Of a stretch of DNA of 64,000 nucleotides, positions 1 through 13,722 are shown piece after piece. How positions within the stretch are numbered: position 1 is the stretch's first letter; each line of letters starts with the position of its first letter. A program made the position numbers and the translations under genes. The stretch is from Mobula hypostoma (Eukaryota): the NCBI RefSeq assembly GCF_963921235.1, contig NC_086097.1, positions 225,186,001-225,250,000 of the forward strand, in the 5' to 3' direction. The notes under the pieces are model-generated. The model was given only the letters and a program-made list of their open reading frames with translations, was not told the origin of the DNA and did no database searches.

Positions 1-564
1 TCTTAATACTGAGGCATTGCTTTACTTGTAGATCAGTCAGCAGCTACATAACTGGTGAGTTGGAGTTTTGGATGGTATCTGTTCTGTGGAAACTAGGAGC
101 AAGGCTGGACATGAATGTATTGCAGAAGTCACTATTAGACAAGGATACTTGCATTACATTGTTTCAAAGCACCGGATGGTCATTTGAATATTTTTGAAGC
201 AGCAGACAATCTGCTGAAAGAACCCATCCAGCAGCATCACTGGGTGAATTTGGCCCAAAATGTCAACAATTCCTTTCCTCCCACAGGATGCTCCTCAGAC
301 CACTGGGTTCCACCAGCAGGTTGTCCGTGGTTCCGCATTCCAGCATCTGCAGTCCCTTATATTTGTCTCCAAATATTTGTCGAACCCTTATTGGAAACAA
401 AGCATGGGTTGGAGACATAAGAGAGTGTAGGTGCTGGGATCAGGAGCTAAACATAAGCTGCTGGAGAAACTCTCACTTTAAGTGAGACAAAGGATCAGTC
501 AACACATCAGACTGAGGCCCTGCATCAGGTCTGTCTGAAGGATAAGTTTTCAGTAGAAGTGAGA

Positions 565-820
565 CGGCCTGGTACGGTAGCAGTTGTCATAACGCTGCTA
601 ACTACAGCAGTGATCGTGGTTTAATTCCCATTGCTGTCTATGAGGAGTTTGCATCGCCACAATGGCTTCCTCCGGGTGCTCCACATACAGGTTAGGAGCA
701 GAAAGCTGTGGGCATGGTATGTTGTCACCAAATCCTTGGACTGCATTGGTCATTGATCCAGTTGATGCAATTCGCTGCATGTTTTGATGTACATGTAACA
801 AATAAAGTTAATCAATCTAA
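565..820 (+). mobile_element. Diverged tRNA-derived HE1/V-SINE-like element
   Basis: Degenerate A/B-box head, gaggagtttgca...ttcctccgggtgctcc core, AATAAA-containing tail. Confidence 0.55.
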
Positions 821-1428
821 TTTTAAGAAGATACCCCGAGTCAGGTAATCATGACTCATATGGATTTGTTGATGAAGAGGTAATGTGGTCACAATTCCAG
901 TTCATGATAAAACTCAACATCTATAGTAGATTTGAGTAGTTCTTCACCTCCTGCTTAGACAATGGCTAAAAAATAGAGATGTAGGAAGATTGTAGAGGAA
1001 AGTTTTGTGCAGTTCTGCAAAGTATTCAGAAAGGCTTTCTTCTTCTAACTAGTTCCTTTTGTAAAATCTAGAATACCAAGTGCTTTGGTATTCTAAATGT
1101 TTGACCATGAAGATATTAAATTGAACAGCTCTTGATATTATTAAGTTCAACTCAACTGCATCAATGGACCAGATTTCTGACTATTATGGAGATGACATAT
1201 TCCACAGTTTTTTGGGAAGAGGATTATCTCTTATTCTCATCTTCTCCCTGTTTAACTCTGCTGTGTCAATCTCCAACCCAATGTCAGAGAAGTGGCTTGT
1301 TGGTTGCAGTGTTCACCCAGGAAATCCTTGCAATAGTTTATCAGTACCCCTCCACTCCCACCCACCAACACCCCAAACCCCTCCATTACTTCAGGTAATG
1401 GTTCCACTTGAAAAAATCTAGGCACAAC

Positions 1429-1511
1429 TGTAATGTATGGACCTATTTCTTTTAGAGCAATAACCTCCCCCTTAGCACTATGTATTGATCTGTTGTCTAT
1501 GCATGTCCATT

Positions 1512-1547
<36 letters not shown>

Positions 1548-2320
1548 ATTGCAATGTGAATACACCAGTTAAGGCCATCTCCTGCGTGCGTGCTTTTATT
1601 TAATTGATATGTAGTTGTGCACAGACCCAACCAATTGGTGATGAGTATGAACCTGAATATCAGAAAATATCATGAACTGAACTGTCAGTTACAGGGCAAA
1701 ACAGTGAAAGTTAAACAGCATGAGAGGCCGTTTCAAGGACGTTAACAAAGGCGTGAGTACAGCATAGTACACCGTAAAAGATGCATGGAATTTAAAGCAA
1801 AAATAACCTGGTGTTGGTTTCAGTCATGAAAGATGATGAATTTGATGTGTTAATGAAGATAGGGAGTTGTATATCGAGAGGGTTGAACTATATTGTAACA
1901 CAAACCACACGGAGGACAAAAAGAGAGCCCTTACACTTCTTAGCTTAATGGGCCCAAGAACGCACAGTCTCTTACACAACTTAGTTATGTAAGAAAAGCC
2001 AGCAAGAAAGATGTTTGACAAAATTCTCACAATTTTACAAGATCACTTGAGCCCTATACCACTGGTAATAGCTGGGAGATTTAGATTTTACAAAAGGAAC
2101 CAGTTAAAAGAAAAAATCCTTTCTGAGTACTTTGTAGAACTGCAAAAACTTTCCCAGTACTGTGACTTTAGAGACGGACTTCCTGATGTATTAAGGGATA
2201 GGCTTATATGTGGCATGCATTGTCAACACTCAAAAGAGGTTACTGTTTGAGAGAGACCTAACCTTAGAATTGGCTTTGACCATTGCAATATTGTTAGACT
2301 GCACAGAAGAATGCAGCAGA
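1429..2320 (+). mobile_element. Gypsy LTR retrotransposon remnant: 5' LTR (1429-1633), primer-binding site (PBS), decayed gag
   Basis: TG...CA-bounded segment followed by ATTGGTGATGAG (PBS-like). Gag-like peptides LLSLMGPRT and RFRFYKRNQ...LRDRLICGM with stops and frameshifts. Confidence 0.75.
1513..1547. repeat. (CT)n microsatellite inside the LTR
   Basis: Direct inspection. Confidence 0.95.
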
Positions 2321-4239
2321 ATACAGAAAAGGATCAGCCATGATTGAATGGTGGAACAGACTTGATGGGCCAGATGGCCTAATTCTGCTCCTATGTCTTA
2401 TGGTCTTGTATGGTGGATGGTGCTTTCTGCTAGAATAGATGGGGGAGGGTTGATGCTGCTTTGCTGCTGCTTGTGCATGGGAGAGGGCCATGGGTTTAAT
2501 GTTCTTAAGTTTTTCCAATCGTTCATTCTTTGGGGTATTTCAGTTTCAAGGATGTCTGCAGAGAGTAAGAATTTCAGGTTGTATATTGTATACATTCTCC
2601 GATATTGAATGGAACCATTGGAAGATCTGATTTTACCGAAAACTTCTGTGGCACAAATGTTACATGCCACTTATCTGCCCGTACATGAAATCCCATCCAC
2701 GTCTTGCTGCATGCAAGCAGGGACGAGTTCATTTGCTGAGGAATTACAAATAGACCTGAACATTATACAATCATCAGTGAACAGCATTCTGACCTTATGA
2801 TCAAAGGAAGGTTATTGAAGATGATTGGACCTTGGAATCTTGCTTAAGGAACATTGCACTTATATCCTGGGCTGGTATGATTGATCTCTGACAACCACAG
2901 GCAATTTCCTTTGTGCTACCTATGATTCCAGTTGAAGGTGAAGTTTTCCCTAGATCCTAATTAACCTGCAACTCCCTGAAGTCACACCTGCTGCCCTGTT
3001 ATGAAGAGCAATCACTCTCGTCTCATCCCTGAATTGAACCATTTGTTTCTCTGCTTGGTCTAAAGTTTAGAGCTGAGCAGGCCCTGATGAAAAGTAAACT
3101 AAGCATTCCTGAGCACTCACTGTAACCGGTTCTGCTTGATGGCATTGTCCATGACTCATTCCAACATTTTGGTGCTGATGGAGAGTAGACAGATGAGGCT
3201 GTCATTAGTTGGATTGGACATCCTGCTTTATGTGGACAGGACATTGGAGCGCTTTCTCTTCTGGTGCCCACTGAAATTCATTTCACTAGGAGACCTTGAG
3301 GCCACCCTCAATCAAATCTCACACTACCTTCCGCTTCACAAAATCTAGATGGTGAGGATGGAATTGAGATCATTTGTTGGGAGGACTAGGGGGTAATTGC
3401 CATAAGAAAAGTAACTATTTTGGAGAACATACTTCATCATTGTGGCAGTCCTGAATGGAGACTCTCTTAACTATGGGCAGTGGGTGTTTATAGACAATTT
3501 CTTCCACATGCTAATTGGATATCAATTTTCCATTTAACGTTTTATTCCTAATCCCCAGAGTATTCTCAGTCAAGAGTAAACCTAAAAAGAAACATTTCAA
3601 AGCCTGTTGTAAGTCTTCTGCAAACTGAATGGGCTTTGATGATTAAATAACTGGCCAGTCCTCTCCTGACAATCTTTAAAAATTAAGATATTTCCAAGTT
3701 TATTTGAGATTTTAAGTGTCATCTTGAAGAGTCTGTTTTGCTTATTCAGCAGGCTGCAAAAATTCATACTAATCCTGAACCTCAATATTGCCAGCGGAGA
3801 ATTACATATCAATTTAATGTTTCAGTTGATGATCCCATATCGTCAAGTGGAATATTAAAATAAAAGAGTAAGTTTAAACAAGCTGAAATTAGTAACAATA
3901 ATCAAGTTTTGAGGGAAAGGGTGTTATTTCTCTACAAACCAAGCTTTACTTAAGAGATGGGAAACAGGATGGGAAAATCCAGAAATTTAATGCGTAAGTC
4001 GATACTGAACCAACCAATCCTACATTGTTCGGATATCGTTAGTAGGATTATCTTTAATATTCAGGAAGTTCTCAGACATCTAAACCGGGGTTCTATGATG
4101 GTTATAGGACACTCTGCCATTTTGGCTGGTGGTATCTAAGAATAGCAAAGGCTGTTCCTGGGCCTTTGTGAAGGAAATTGTGCTTGGAACTTTGAACGTA
4201 TACATGATCAGCCCAGACATGGGTAGGCTACATCTGAAT

Positions 4240-4750
4240 TTGAATTTATTTAAATCTTACATTTCATCTCACAATGTGAGGAAGTAAAACTCTTTGCGTT
4301 ATGACTCCGTTGCAATGTACAGACATTGTGGGATGAAGCTGCCCTGTAGACTGTTGCTCCTGGCTTTAATGCTGCGGTACTGTTTGCCAGACAGAAGTAG
4401 CTGAAACAGTTTATGGTTGGGCTGACTGGTGTCCCCGAAGACCTTCCAGTCCTTTCTGCACCTGCTGCTGTAAATGTCCTCAATGGAAGGAAGCTCAAAT
4501 CCACAGATGCGCTGGGCTGTCCGTAGCACTCTCTGCAGTGTCCAGTGATCAAGGTTGGTGCAGTTCCCATACCAGGCGGTGATACAGCCAGTCAGGATGC
4601 CCTCAATGGTGCCCCTGTAGAAGGTCTTGAGGATCTGGGGGGCTCATGCTGAATTTCTTCAGTCGCCTGAGGTGGAAGAGACTCTGTTGCCATACAGTTG
4701 ATCTGTACAGTCCAGGTGAGACCTTTGGTGATGTGTATACCGAGGCACAT
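4240..4750 (-). mobile_element. Rex1/Babar-type LINE 3' fragment
   Basis: Reverse-strand peptide RTAQRICGFELPSIEDIYSSRCRK...HKLFQLLLSGKQYRSIKARSNSLQGSFIPQ, typical of the Rex1 ORF C-terminus. Confidence 0.8.
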
Positions 4751-5022
4751 CTATGACATTATTTGAGAGTACATTGGTGGAGGATTGAAACTTTATTTCT
4801 GAATTTTATTGATTTTCTGTGTAGCTAAACTTTGTGAGAAATCAATGAGCTGTTAAGTTCTTTAGAGTATCCTGAGGGTGATGAATGTACATAAGTGCAC
4901 AATATATACGTACACATTTGTGTCCGACAGAGAGAAAGAGGAGGTGGGGGGGGGGAGGATATGTAGAAATTTAAAAGCAAGACTTTTTAGATGCTAATCG
5001 CACAAAATTTGATTCTATTCAG

Positions 5023-5329
5023 AGTAGATCAGGACCGTGAAAACCCCATTTGTGTGACAAGCAGCATTGTGGAGGTGGAACCATTTCCTGATGATGCAAA
5101 ATGTCCATTTTTCTCACAAGAGCCTCAGGGGCTCACCGTCCTGGATGATACTGCACTCGCAGTGGAACTGTCCTGGGTACTTCATGTCAATCCCTGTCAC
5201 GTCACTCAAACTTTCCCTGGTGTTAGGGATACATTTGCTAATGCCATTATTGGCAAACTGCTCAAATCTGTCCATCTTAACAGTAATTGGAGCTCACTGC
5301 TCCATAATGGCTGCAGTGTGAAGTCCCAG
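5023..5329 (+). CDS. Internal coding exon of an unidentified host gene (VDQDRENPICVTSSIVEVEPFPDDAKCPFF...LHNGCSVKSQ)
   Basis: Unique, non-repeat open frame of about 102 codons. Branch-like CTAAT at 4994, acceptor ...ttctattcAG at 5021-5022, strong donor CAG|GTGAGC at 5329/5330 (phase 0). Confidence 0.75.
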
Positions 5330-6439
5330 GTGAGCAAGGCACACATGTTTCTCATTATTTAAAGGGATTCTCTGCTGATATTAAGACACTGACTAGGTCA
5401 TCTTCAACAGTGACTTCTTACTGCTCCAATATCCTCTAAGGTTAACAGAATAACAGGCCGTGCCTTCTGCAGTATTTCACACCTCAGATCCGTGACACCA
5501 CTAGAAGGACCTCCTTACTTTCTTACTCTAATGCTCAAGGCTGGTCATGCAGGGTGCATTGGAGACCTCTGGGGAGGAGCTAAGGAATTGTCCTCTTTGA
5601 GCAAGACATAAAATGTATTTCTATGTGGAGAATCTCATTCCTGGAGCAGACCACAGTAGATACCTCCTGCCAGAATTTTCTGGTGGCTGGTGTGCCTTCT
5701 CGCCCCCTTGGTACACAGGGCTAGTTTCCCTATATTTATCACATTGACCAGTATATGTCTGTCCCTTTTGTTGAATATGGGATTTTTCCCCCATCTCCCA
5801 TGCAAAGTCCTTGTTCTCTATAGCAGCCAAAGTGTGTAGGAGTGCTGTGTTGCTGCCTTGGAGAGAGTACCTTTAAAGGCCAACGCTAATGCATGATTGT
5901 TATGGATGAGTATTGAGCAAATACAGGAAGGTATTGGGTATTGTGCTGAAATGAGTGAGGTTCTGTTGAAGATTGATTAAGTCTTGTTTTCATACTTGTT
6001 CCTGACTCTAAAGTAACTTAATGCTGTTTCACATTGGACTTTGGCCAGTTTCACATTTTAATTTTTACAAGGACATGAGCTGGTGTGAGCACTATGTATT
6101 GCTATGCTTTAGTGCATCGTTACCTTGGTTTCCTCCTTCACCTGGGTCTAAGTGAATGTTGCTAGCCCTGTCTATAACCTCTCCATATCCTCTGGCCCTC
6201 TGTAAAGTTCCTCACCTTTCCATATCCACACCAACCTCTCCTGCAGGGTAATCTAGAGTTTGTTGAAGGAGGTTATGGTGCTGTTGTCCTCAATGTGGGA
6301 GCCACCTTCTCACCTGCTGTGCTGAACTGGAAAAGCACCAAGCTAGGATGTGTAGGGGCTTTCGGTGCTGGAGAGGGGCTGCTGTGTGGACATGACTGGA
6401 ATCATCTCTTTGAGCCCATGCAGCCAGTTTAGGGGATCA

Positions 6440-7680
6440 TTAGACCATAAGACAAAGGAGCAAAATTAGGTTATTCATCCCATCAAGTCTGCTCCACTAT
6501 TTCATCATGTCTGATTTATCATACCTCTTCAACCCCACTCTCCTGTTTTCTCCCCATAACCTTAGATGCTCTTACTAATCAAAAACCTATCAACCTCCGC
6601 TTTAAATATGCCTAATGGCTTGGCCTCTACAATTGATTCCAACAATGAATTCCACAGATTCACCACCTCTGGCTAATGAAATTCCTCCTCATCTCTATTG
6701 TAAAGGGACACCCTGTATTCTGAGGCTGTACCCTCTGGTCCTAGACATCCCACAATAGGAAACATCCTGTCCATGCCTGCTCTATCTAGGGCTTTAAATA
6801 TTCGGTAGGTTTCAATGAAATGCCTCTCATTCTTCTAAACTCCAGGAGTGAGCAGCATTATCTGCAGCTTAATGTGAAAAAGACTAAGGAGCTGGTGGTA
6901 GACCTGAGGAGAGCTAAGGTACCAGTGACCCCTGTTTCCATCCAGGGGGTCAGTGTGGACATGGTGGAGGATTACAAATACCTGGGGATACAAATTGACA
7001 ATAAACTGGACTGGTCAAAGAACACTGAGGCTGTCTACAAGAAGGGTCAGAGCTATCTCTATTTCCTGAGGAGACTGAGGTCCTTTAACATCTGCCGGAC
7101 GATGCTGAGGATGTTCTACGAGTCTGTGGTGGCCAGTGCTATCATGTTTACTGTTGTGTGCTGGGGCAGCAGGCTGAGGGTAGCAGACACCAATAGAATC
7201 AACAAACTCATTCGTACGGCCAGTGATGTTGTGGGGATGGAACTGGACTCTCTGGCAGTGGTGTCTGAAAAGAAGATGCTGTCCAAGTTGCATGCCATCT
7301 TGGACAATGTCTCCCATCCACTACATAATGTTCTGGGTGGGCACAGGAGTACATTCAGCCAGAGATTCATTCCACCGAGATGCAACACAGAGCGTCATAG
7401 GAAGTCATTCCTGCCTGTGGCCATCAAACTTTACAACTCCTCCCTTGGAGGGTCAGACACCCCGAGCCAATAGGCTGGTCCTGGACTTATTTCCTGGCAT
7501 AATTTACATAGTACTATTTAACTATTTATGGTTTTATTACTATTTATTATTTACGGTGCAACTGTAACGAAAACCAGTTTCCCCCGGGATCAATTAAGTA
7601 TGACTATGACTATGAGTACAGGCCCAGAGTCATCAAACACTCCTCATATGTTAACACTTTCATTTCTAGGATAATTCTCT
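6440..7680 (-). mobile_element. CR1 LINE 3' fragment, interrupted by the Rex1 insertion at 6850-7613
   Basis: CR1 3' end (agaccataag tail, reverse). The host sequence resumes as gagtacaggcccagag after the insertion. Confidence 0.8.
6850..7613 (+). mobile_element. Young 5'-truncated Rex1/Babar LINE (RT C-terminus, 3' UTR, (GACTAT)n tail)
   Basis: Open frame LQLNVKKTKELVVDLRR...YKYLG...SFLPVAIKLYN. GAGT flanks both ends (6846-6849, 7614-7617). Highly similar to 58625-59707. Confidence 0.9.
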
Positions 7681-7689
7681 TGAGTTCAA

Positions 7690-8775
7690 ACATACATCAG
7701 TTCTAATCAACAAGCTAAAAAACCTGGGCCTCTGTACCTCCCTCTGCAATTGGACCCTTGACTTCCTCACCAGGAGACCACAGTCAGTGTGGGATTGGAA
7801 ATAACATCTCCTCCTCACTGACAATCAGAACTGGTGCATGTCAAGGATGCATGCATAAGCCACTGCTGTAGTCTCTCTACACCCACAACTGTGAGGCTAG
7901 GCACAGCTTAAATGCCATCTATAAATTTGCCGACAATATAACCGTTGTTGGCAAAGTTCCAGATGGTGTCGAGGAGGTGAGTGAGATAAATCAGCTGGTT
8001 GAGTGATGTTGCAACAGCAACTTTGAAGTACAAACGGGAAATGTCCTAAGGCCAAGGAATTGATTGTGGACTTCAGGAAAGGGAAGTCGAGGGAAAACGA
8101 TCAGTCATTAGGGGATCAGTAGTGAAAAGGGTGAGGAGTTTCCGGTTCCTGGGTGTCTGGGCATACGTGTAGGAGGAACAAAACCTTGGTTTCCTCAGCT
8201 CATTGAGTTTAAAATAGTGAGTACAAAACGAATGCTTTCTTTTACCCCCATCTCTCTATTTTTATCTTTTGCTTCCGAACACTAAGTATAAACAATAAGA
8301 AATAAAAGGGTAGAACAGGACATTTCCACTTGATCATTGATGAAAAATTGGTTACAGATCCATGATTAAAATAAAGATCATCACTTTGGTGTCTCAGAAA
8401 GGCAGCGTCCATTCTTAAGGACCTCTAGCCCTTTTCTCACTGTTACCATCAGGTAGGAGATACAGAAGCCTGAAGGTACACACTCAGCGATTCAGGAACA
8501 GCTTCTTCACCTCTGCCGTCTGATTCCTAAATGGACATTGAAGCTTTGGACACTACCTCACTTTTTTAATATACAGTATTTCTGTTTTTGCACATTCTTT
8601 TAAATCTATTCAATATACGTAATGGATTTACTTGTTTATTTATTATTATGTTTTATTTTATTTATTATTATTTTTTTCTCTCTCTGCTAGATTATGTATT
8701 GCATTAAACTGCTGCCGCTAAGTTAACAAATTTCACGTCACATGCCGGTGATAATAAACCTGATTCTGATTCTGA
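7690..8775 (+). mobile_element. Rex1-type LINE fragments (RT core 7690-8160; 3' end 8390-8775 with (TGATTC)n tail)
   Basis: KFADN motif (aaatttgccgacaat), aaggaattgattgtggacttcagg, and tail aataaacctgattctgattctg. Confidence 0.8.
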
Positions 8776-8950
8776 TGTTCAGTGTCCGATGATGTGGGCA
8801 ATCATGATCTTTCTATGACAATAATTGTTCTTTCAAATTTTTCTGCAGAAGTAGTTTGCCATTGCCTTCTTCTGGGCAGTAGACTGGTGAGCCCAGCCTC
8901 TTCAGAGACTGTCTGCCTGGCATCAGTGGTCACATAACCAGGACTTGTGA
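8776..8950 (-). mobile_element. 3' half of an RTE-related non-autonomous SINE-like element
   Basis: gaagtagtttgccattgccttc motif (RTE/Bov-A-like 3' end, reverse). Colinear with the fuller copy at 41148-41512. Confidence 0.65.
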
Positions 8951-9057
8951 AAATCTGCAGGTGCTGGAAATCCAAAGAAACACACAGAAAATGCTGGAGG
9001 AACCAAGCAGGCCAGGCAACATCTATGGAAAAGAGTAAACAGTTGACGTTTCAGGCT
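8951..9057 (-). mobile_element. PLE terminal fragment beginning inside the hammerhead motif
   Basis: Reverse complement reads agcctgaaacgtcaactg...gatgttgcctggcctgc...tttccagcacctgcagattt. Confidence 0.75.
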
Positions 9058-11080
9058 AGTGCTCTCTGCAAACGCTGTCTATGCTCATCTGCAAATACAC
9101 TGATGTGAGGTGCTAAGGAAGTAAAGGATAGGCCTTATTCCCTGGGATCCATTCTTTCAAGCAATGTTGGCTGCTACCAATGTTTTGCAGTGCAGACTGT
9201 CTAATGACTGAAGTGTCACGGGTGCTTCCTGGAAATACGGTACTTAGAGTTTGAGGATATTTGGTCACCAAAAACTTCCAGATTTCTATAGATGTACAAT
9301 GAACAGTATTCTGACTGGTTTCATCGCAGCCTGGTAAGGAGGCTCCAATGCATAGGATTGCACATCACAGACACCATCAAGAGAATCTTCAAGAGGCCCT
9401 CAACATCTTCGACGTGCTTTCGTTCATTACTGCCACTGGGGAAGAGATAGAGGAATCTGAAGACCTACACCCAATGAATCAGAAACTATTCCATCCCCTT
9501 CCCTATCAGATCTTTGAACAGTTCATTAACCCATGAATACTACCTCTTTAATTCCTTTTATTTGTGCCACAGTATTTATTTTTATAATTTACGGTAAATT
9601 TATTTGCATTACACTGCTGCAGCAAATCAACAAATTTCATGTCATATAAGTCAGTGATAAGAATTCTAATTGCCTGTGATCCACATCAAATGAACATGTG
9701 AGGGAACGTGAATCATTCCTATTGATGATGACATCCAGGTTATCAATGGGAGCCTTTCAGGATACACACATGCGACACATTCATTAGGTGGAGCTCTTCA
9801 ATGATGGCCATGATGTTGCCACACTCCTTTTTCTAACCACACACTTTCTGAATTCCCACAGGACCTGACCAAGACTGAGACAACTTCTTTTCTCTTTTTC
9901 TCTCATTTAGCATCATTCCTGCTGGACCGAACCCAGACCAGGGCTACTTCTTCCTGTGCTTCCTGCAGGACCTGATCTGGAGCAGGACAACTTTTTCCTG
10001 TGCTTCCTGCCAGACCCAACCCAGAGCAGTTTCTGTCCTTCTGTCCATGATCATTCATTGCCATTAATGAGATGCTATTAGTGATGCCCCCGACCATATA
10101 CCCACTGAATAAATATCTCTGCAACTAAAGATTACCACAAGCCTACTGTGTAGGCATTGGGAGGTCTCTGAGCAACCAGCAAGGAGTATTAAAGCCATTC
10201 AGTTGGATCTCCTGATGACTGCATATTTTTGGTATTGATAGAAACAACAATGTAGCACAATCTGATTCGAGTTGTGCTGAGATAATCCATGACATCATCA
10301 GACATGCCTTTGCATTTTATGTTATCTGCAAATTGCAATGTCATATAATGCATGACTTAACCTAGTAAAACATCAGGTCTGTTAATGCCAATAGTGTGGT
10401 TAAATTTCACACTAGTTGGGATCTCAGTCAGAAATGATCAGTCTCTCAGTCCACTCCTTCAATTGATTTATGTGTGATTTGCAGATAAGAAATCCAATTT
10501 CTCAGTTTTGGCTTTAAATCAAATTCTTAAACATGATTCAATGGACACTTCCAGTCGGCAGAGACAATATGATAATGATTTTAAATATTGAGAATAAAAA
10601 TATAATACCTTAATAAATCTGAGCACAATTTATTTCACTATGTGTTTGTAAACTAAGGAAGTTTCAGCAATATTCATCAGACACATGGAAGTATAAGAAA
10701 TGTGAAATACCTACTTGTCAAAATGAAATCTTTCCAATTAGAGTTAGTCCATTTCAGGAGAGAGAAATACAAACAGATTAAATGATCACTAAGTTCCTCT
10801 TAGTATATGTTCATTATATTTGAAATCTTTTGGGGTTTTTCCTGTAAAGTAAATAAACATTCTTGATTAGTATAGATCTCATAATGAATAGCAGCCAGAC
10901 TTCATTTGCTGTTCTCAATGACATGAAAAGACCTAATGCTGCCTGAAACCATCTAGGGATATTTCCTTAGTATTTTATGGTAAGGTTCTTAATTCTTGGT
11001 TTACTCTGTTTTTAGCTGGTATATAATAGTGGTTCAACAAAACTAGGAGAATTAAATGATAGTCTTTTGTTCTGTTTCAG

Positions 11081-11119
11081 ATAAATCTGAAAATAGTGCA
11101 TAAATTACCGAGACGGTGA
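11081..11119 (+). CDS. Probable terminal coding exon of the same gene (INLKIVHKLPRR*), followed by an AT-rich 3' UTR
   Basis: Strong polypyrimidine acceptor tcttttgttctgtttcAG. Phase 0 matches the donor at 5329. TGA at 11117-11119. Lies in repeat-free sequence (10260-11830). Confidence 0.55.
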   Translation: MNLKIVHKLPRR

Positions 11120-12703
11120 AGAAATGCGCAAATAAATCCCAAGGTAGCTGACTGTAATCAGTGTCTGAAAATTGAATGGATCATCACTGTTTTATTCATT
11201 TTTCTTTTCACTGAGTTTTCCAGCAGAAGAGATAGCAGTAACAAAATTGGTAGGTAAAAAGTATTTCCAATAGTTTCCCCTCGAGATATCTTGCAGGTAG
11301 TAATGATGATATCTGTTATGATAACATAAAAATCAATAAGAAGTATTGAGCTATTACCTAAAACAAATCATAACTGCCATCTTGTAAACTATTAATTAAA
11401 TTGGCACTTGACCAACTGGGTGAAAATAATATCTAGTTTCAAAGAAATTATCCATAAGTGCCATGGCTTTACATTTGCAGCAGAGAGATTCTTCTTATAT
11501 GTCTGAATGTTTAAAGCTTTAACCTCGGGACATAATATACTTTCACATACAGGATCAAATACTTACTGTTCATTTTTGGATTCATTTCACAAGCTTACAA
11601 AGGACTGTGATCAGAATATTTTTATAATGTACTTGAAATGGCTACTGTTTAATTGATAACTCTTCTATTTTTTACATTTAGTGGAATCCATCTAATTATC
11701 TTCTTTCAATATGTCTCATATTGAACAAAACGTGAAAGCTGCACTTGTCACTGGATAGCAAGCACATGTTTGCCTTTGACTACGGGAAAATCATTAAGTC
11801 TGACATCTTGTTTTCCATGTATATTTATTTATTTTTTTTTTTATTGATTTATTTATTTAGAGGCATAGCATGACAATAGGCTATTCTGGCCCACTGAGTC
11901 TGCATTGCCCAATTTCACTCATATGACCAATTAACGTACTTACCTGTAACCCACGTGCTCATGGGGAGAATGCATAAATTCCTTGCGGGCAGCAGTAGAA
12001 TTGAGCTGGTGTTACTGGTGCAGTAATAGCATTACGCTAACCACCACACTACCATGTCCATTAAATAAACAATAGAGTGGGCATTGGCATTGCGGTTTAG
12101 ATGTGCTCTGATGTCATAATCACAGAGAAATAGAGTACATGAACAGGTGCATTGACACAATGAACGCCATACAGCCGTCAACTGCCCATTCACACCAAGC
12201 TGAAATGGTGACATTAATCTCAGATTTCCACGTTCTCATTGATTTGCCATCCCATGCCCTCAACGCCCATCAGATTTTACATAATAGAGGTAATTGACAG
12301 ATTGATTAACCTACCTGCCAGCACCTCTTTGGGATATGGGAAGAAACTGGAACACCTGGTCACAGGGAGAACATGCAGACTCAGCATAGACAGCATCCAA
12401 GGACAGGATTGTTCCTGCTGCTGTGTACTAGCTGAGTTGTTGTTCCAACCATGTTGAACTAAATGCACTGTGTAGAATGGTGATGGGGATGATTCCAATG
12501 TCACTGACTAGTCTACTTTGTGTTAATCCTTCAGTTGGGATAAAAAGGGAGGCGCAGTGACTGATCTCAATAATTACTGAGGTAGAAAGAAGCCACCCCA
12601 CACTTCTCATGATCTGTGTCACATCATTTTAGGTAGAAACATGCCTTGTTGCTTCATGCCTGAGGATCATTTTGGTATCAACTCAAAATTTTTTTTCCGT
12701 TTA

Positions 12704-13722
12704 CAATACTGTGGTACTGAGTAAACGTTTTAGGCACACCTATATAGCTAGGGTTCCTAAGTGTTTTGCACAGTACTGTATTTGTCAATGTGGAGTGCAG
12801 TGCAAGTTTGTAAATCTGACAGAGCAAAGGATGCTGGGAATGGTGAGCCTGTTCCACCAGTCAATAAGATCATGGCTGACCTGACCATGGATTCATCTCC
12901 ACCAATCTGCCTTTTCCCCATAACCCTTAATTCCCTTACTATGCAAAAATCTATCCAACATTGTCTTAAATATATTTATTGAGGTAGCCTCCACTGCTTT
13001 ATTGGGCAGAGAATTTCACAGATTTACCAACCTCTGGGAAAAGCAGTTACTTCCTCATCTCCGTTCTAAATCTACTCCCCTGAATCTTGAGGCTATGTCC
13101 CTTAGTTCTAGTCTCACCTATTAGTGGAAACAACTTTTCTGCCTCGATCTTACCTATCCCTTTCATAATTTTATATGCTTCTATAAGATCTCCTCTCATT
13201 CATCTGAATTCCAGCAAGCACAGACCCAGGTGACTCAATTTCTTCTCATAGTCTAACCTCCTCATCTCTGGAATCAACCTGGTGAACCTTCTCTGCACTG
13301 CCTCCAAAGCCAGTATATGCTGCTTCAAGTAAGGAGATTAGGTAGCAGAGTAGGAGTGCCAGGGGCAGGGAGAGGCACGGGTGCAGACACACCCAGCCTT
13401 GAGACTCCAGGCAAGGTCATTTGATTCTAAACAATTGATTTATTGATCATTACAGAATCTCTCTGGTGCTTCCCACTCCCTCCCCTCCCTCTTCTCCTTT
13501 TCCCAACCATGATTCTCCTCTCCCTGCACCTCTCCACTCTCAGTCCACGAAGAAAGATCCATATCAGAATCAGGTTTATCATCACTCATATATGGTATGA
13601 AATCTGTTTTTATTTTTGCGGCAGTGACGCAGTGCAATACATAAAATTACTATAGTACTGTTCAAAAGGTCTTAGGCACCCCAGCTAAATTTATGGGCTT
13701 ACGATTTTTGTCCAGTACTGTA
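12704..13722. mobile_element. Tc1-type non-autonomous element bounded by two ~70-bp hairpins of terminal inverted repeats (TIRs), with an internal CR1 insertion (about 12848-13337)
   Basis: TIR resembling (ta)cagtactgtgcaaaa..ttaggcac forms self-complementary units at 12704-12780 and 13651-13722, with TA ends. Confidence 0.6.

Noticed and set aside
2790..4130. Possible coding region
   Set aside because: Only faint, stop-ridden similarity to old LINE ORF2 sequence; too decayed to call.
6820..7473. 217-aa ORF (and the 216-aa ORF at 58670) as a host gene, for example an ALKBH8-like N-terminal domain
   Set aside because: It is the Rex1/Babar RT C-terminus with its own 3' tail, inserted in a CR1 and present twice.
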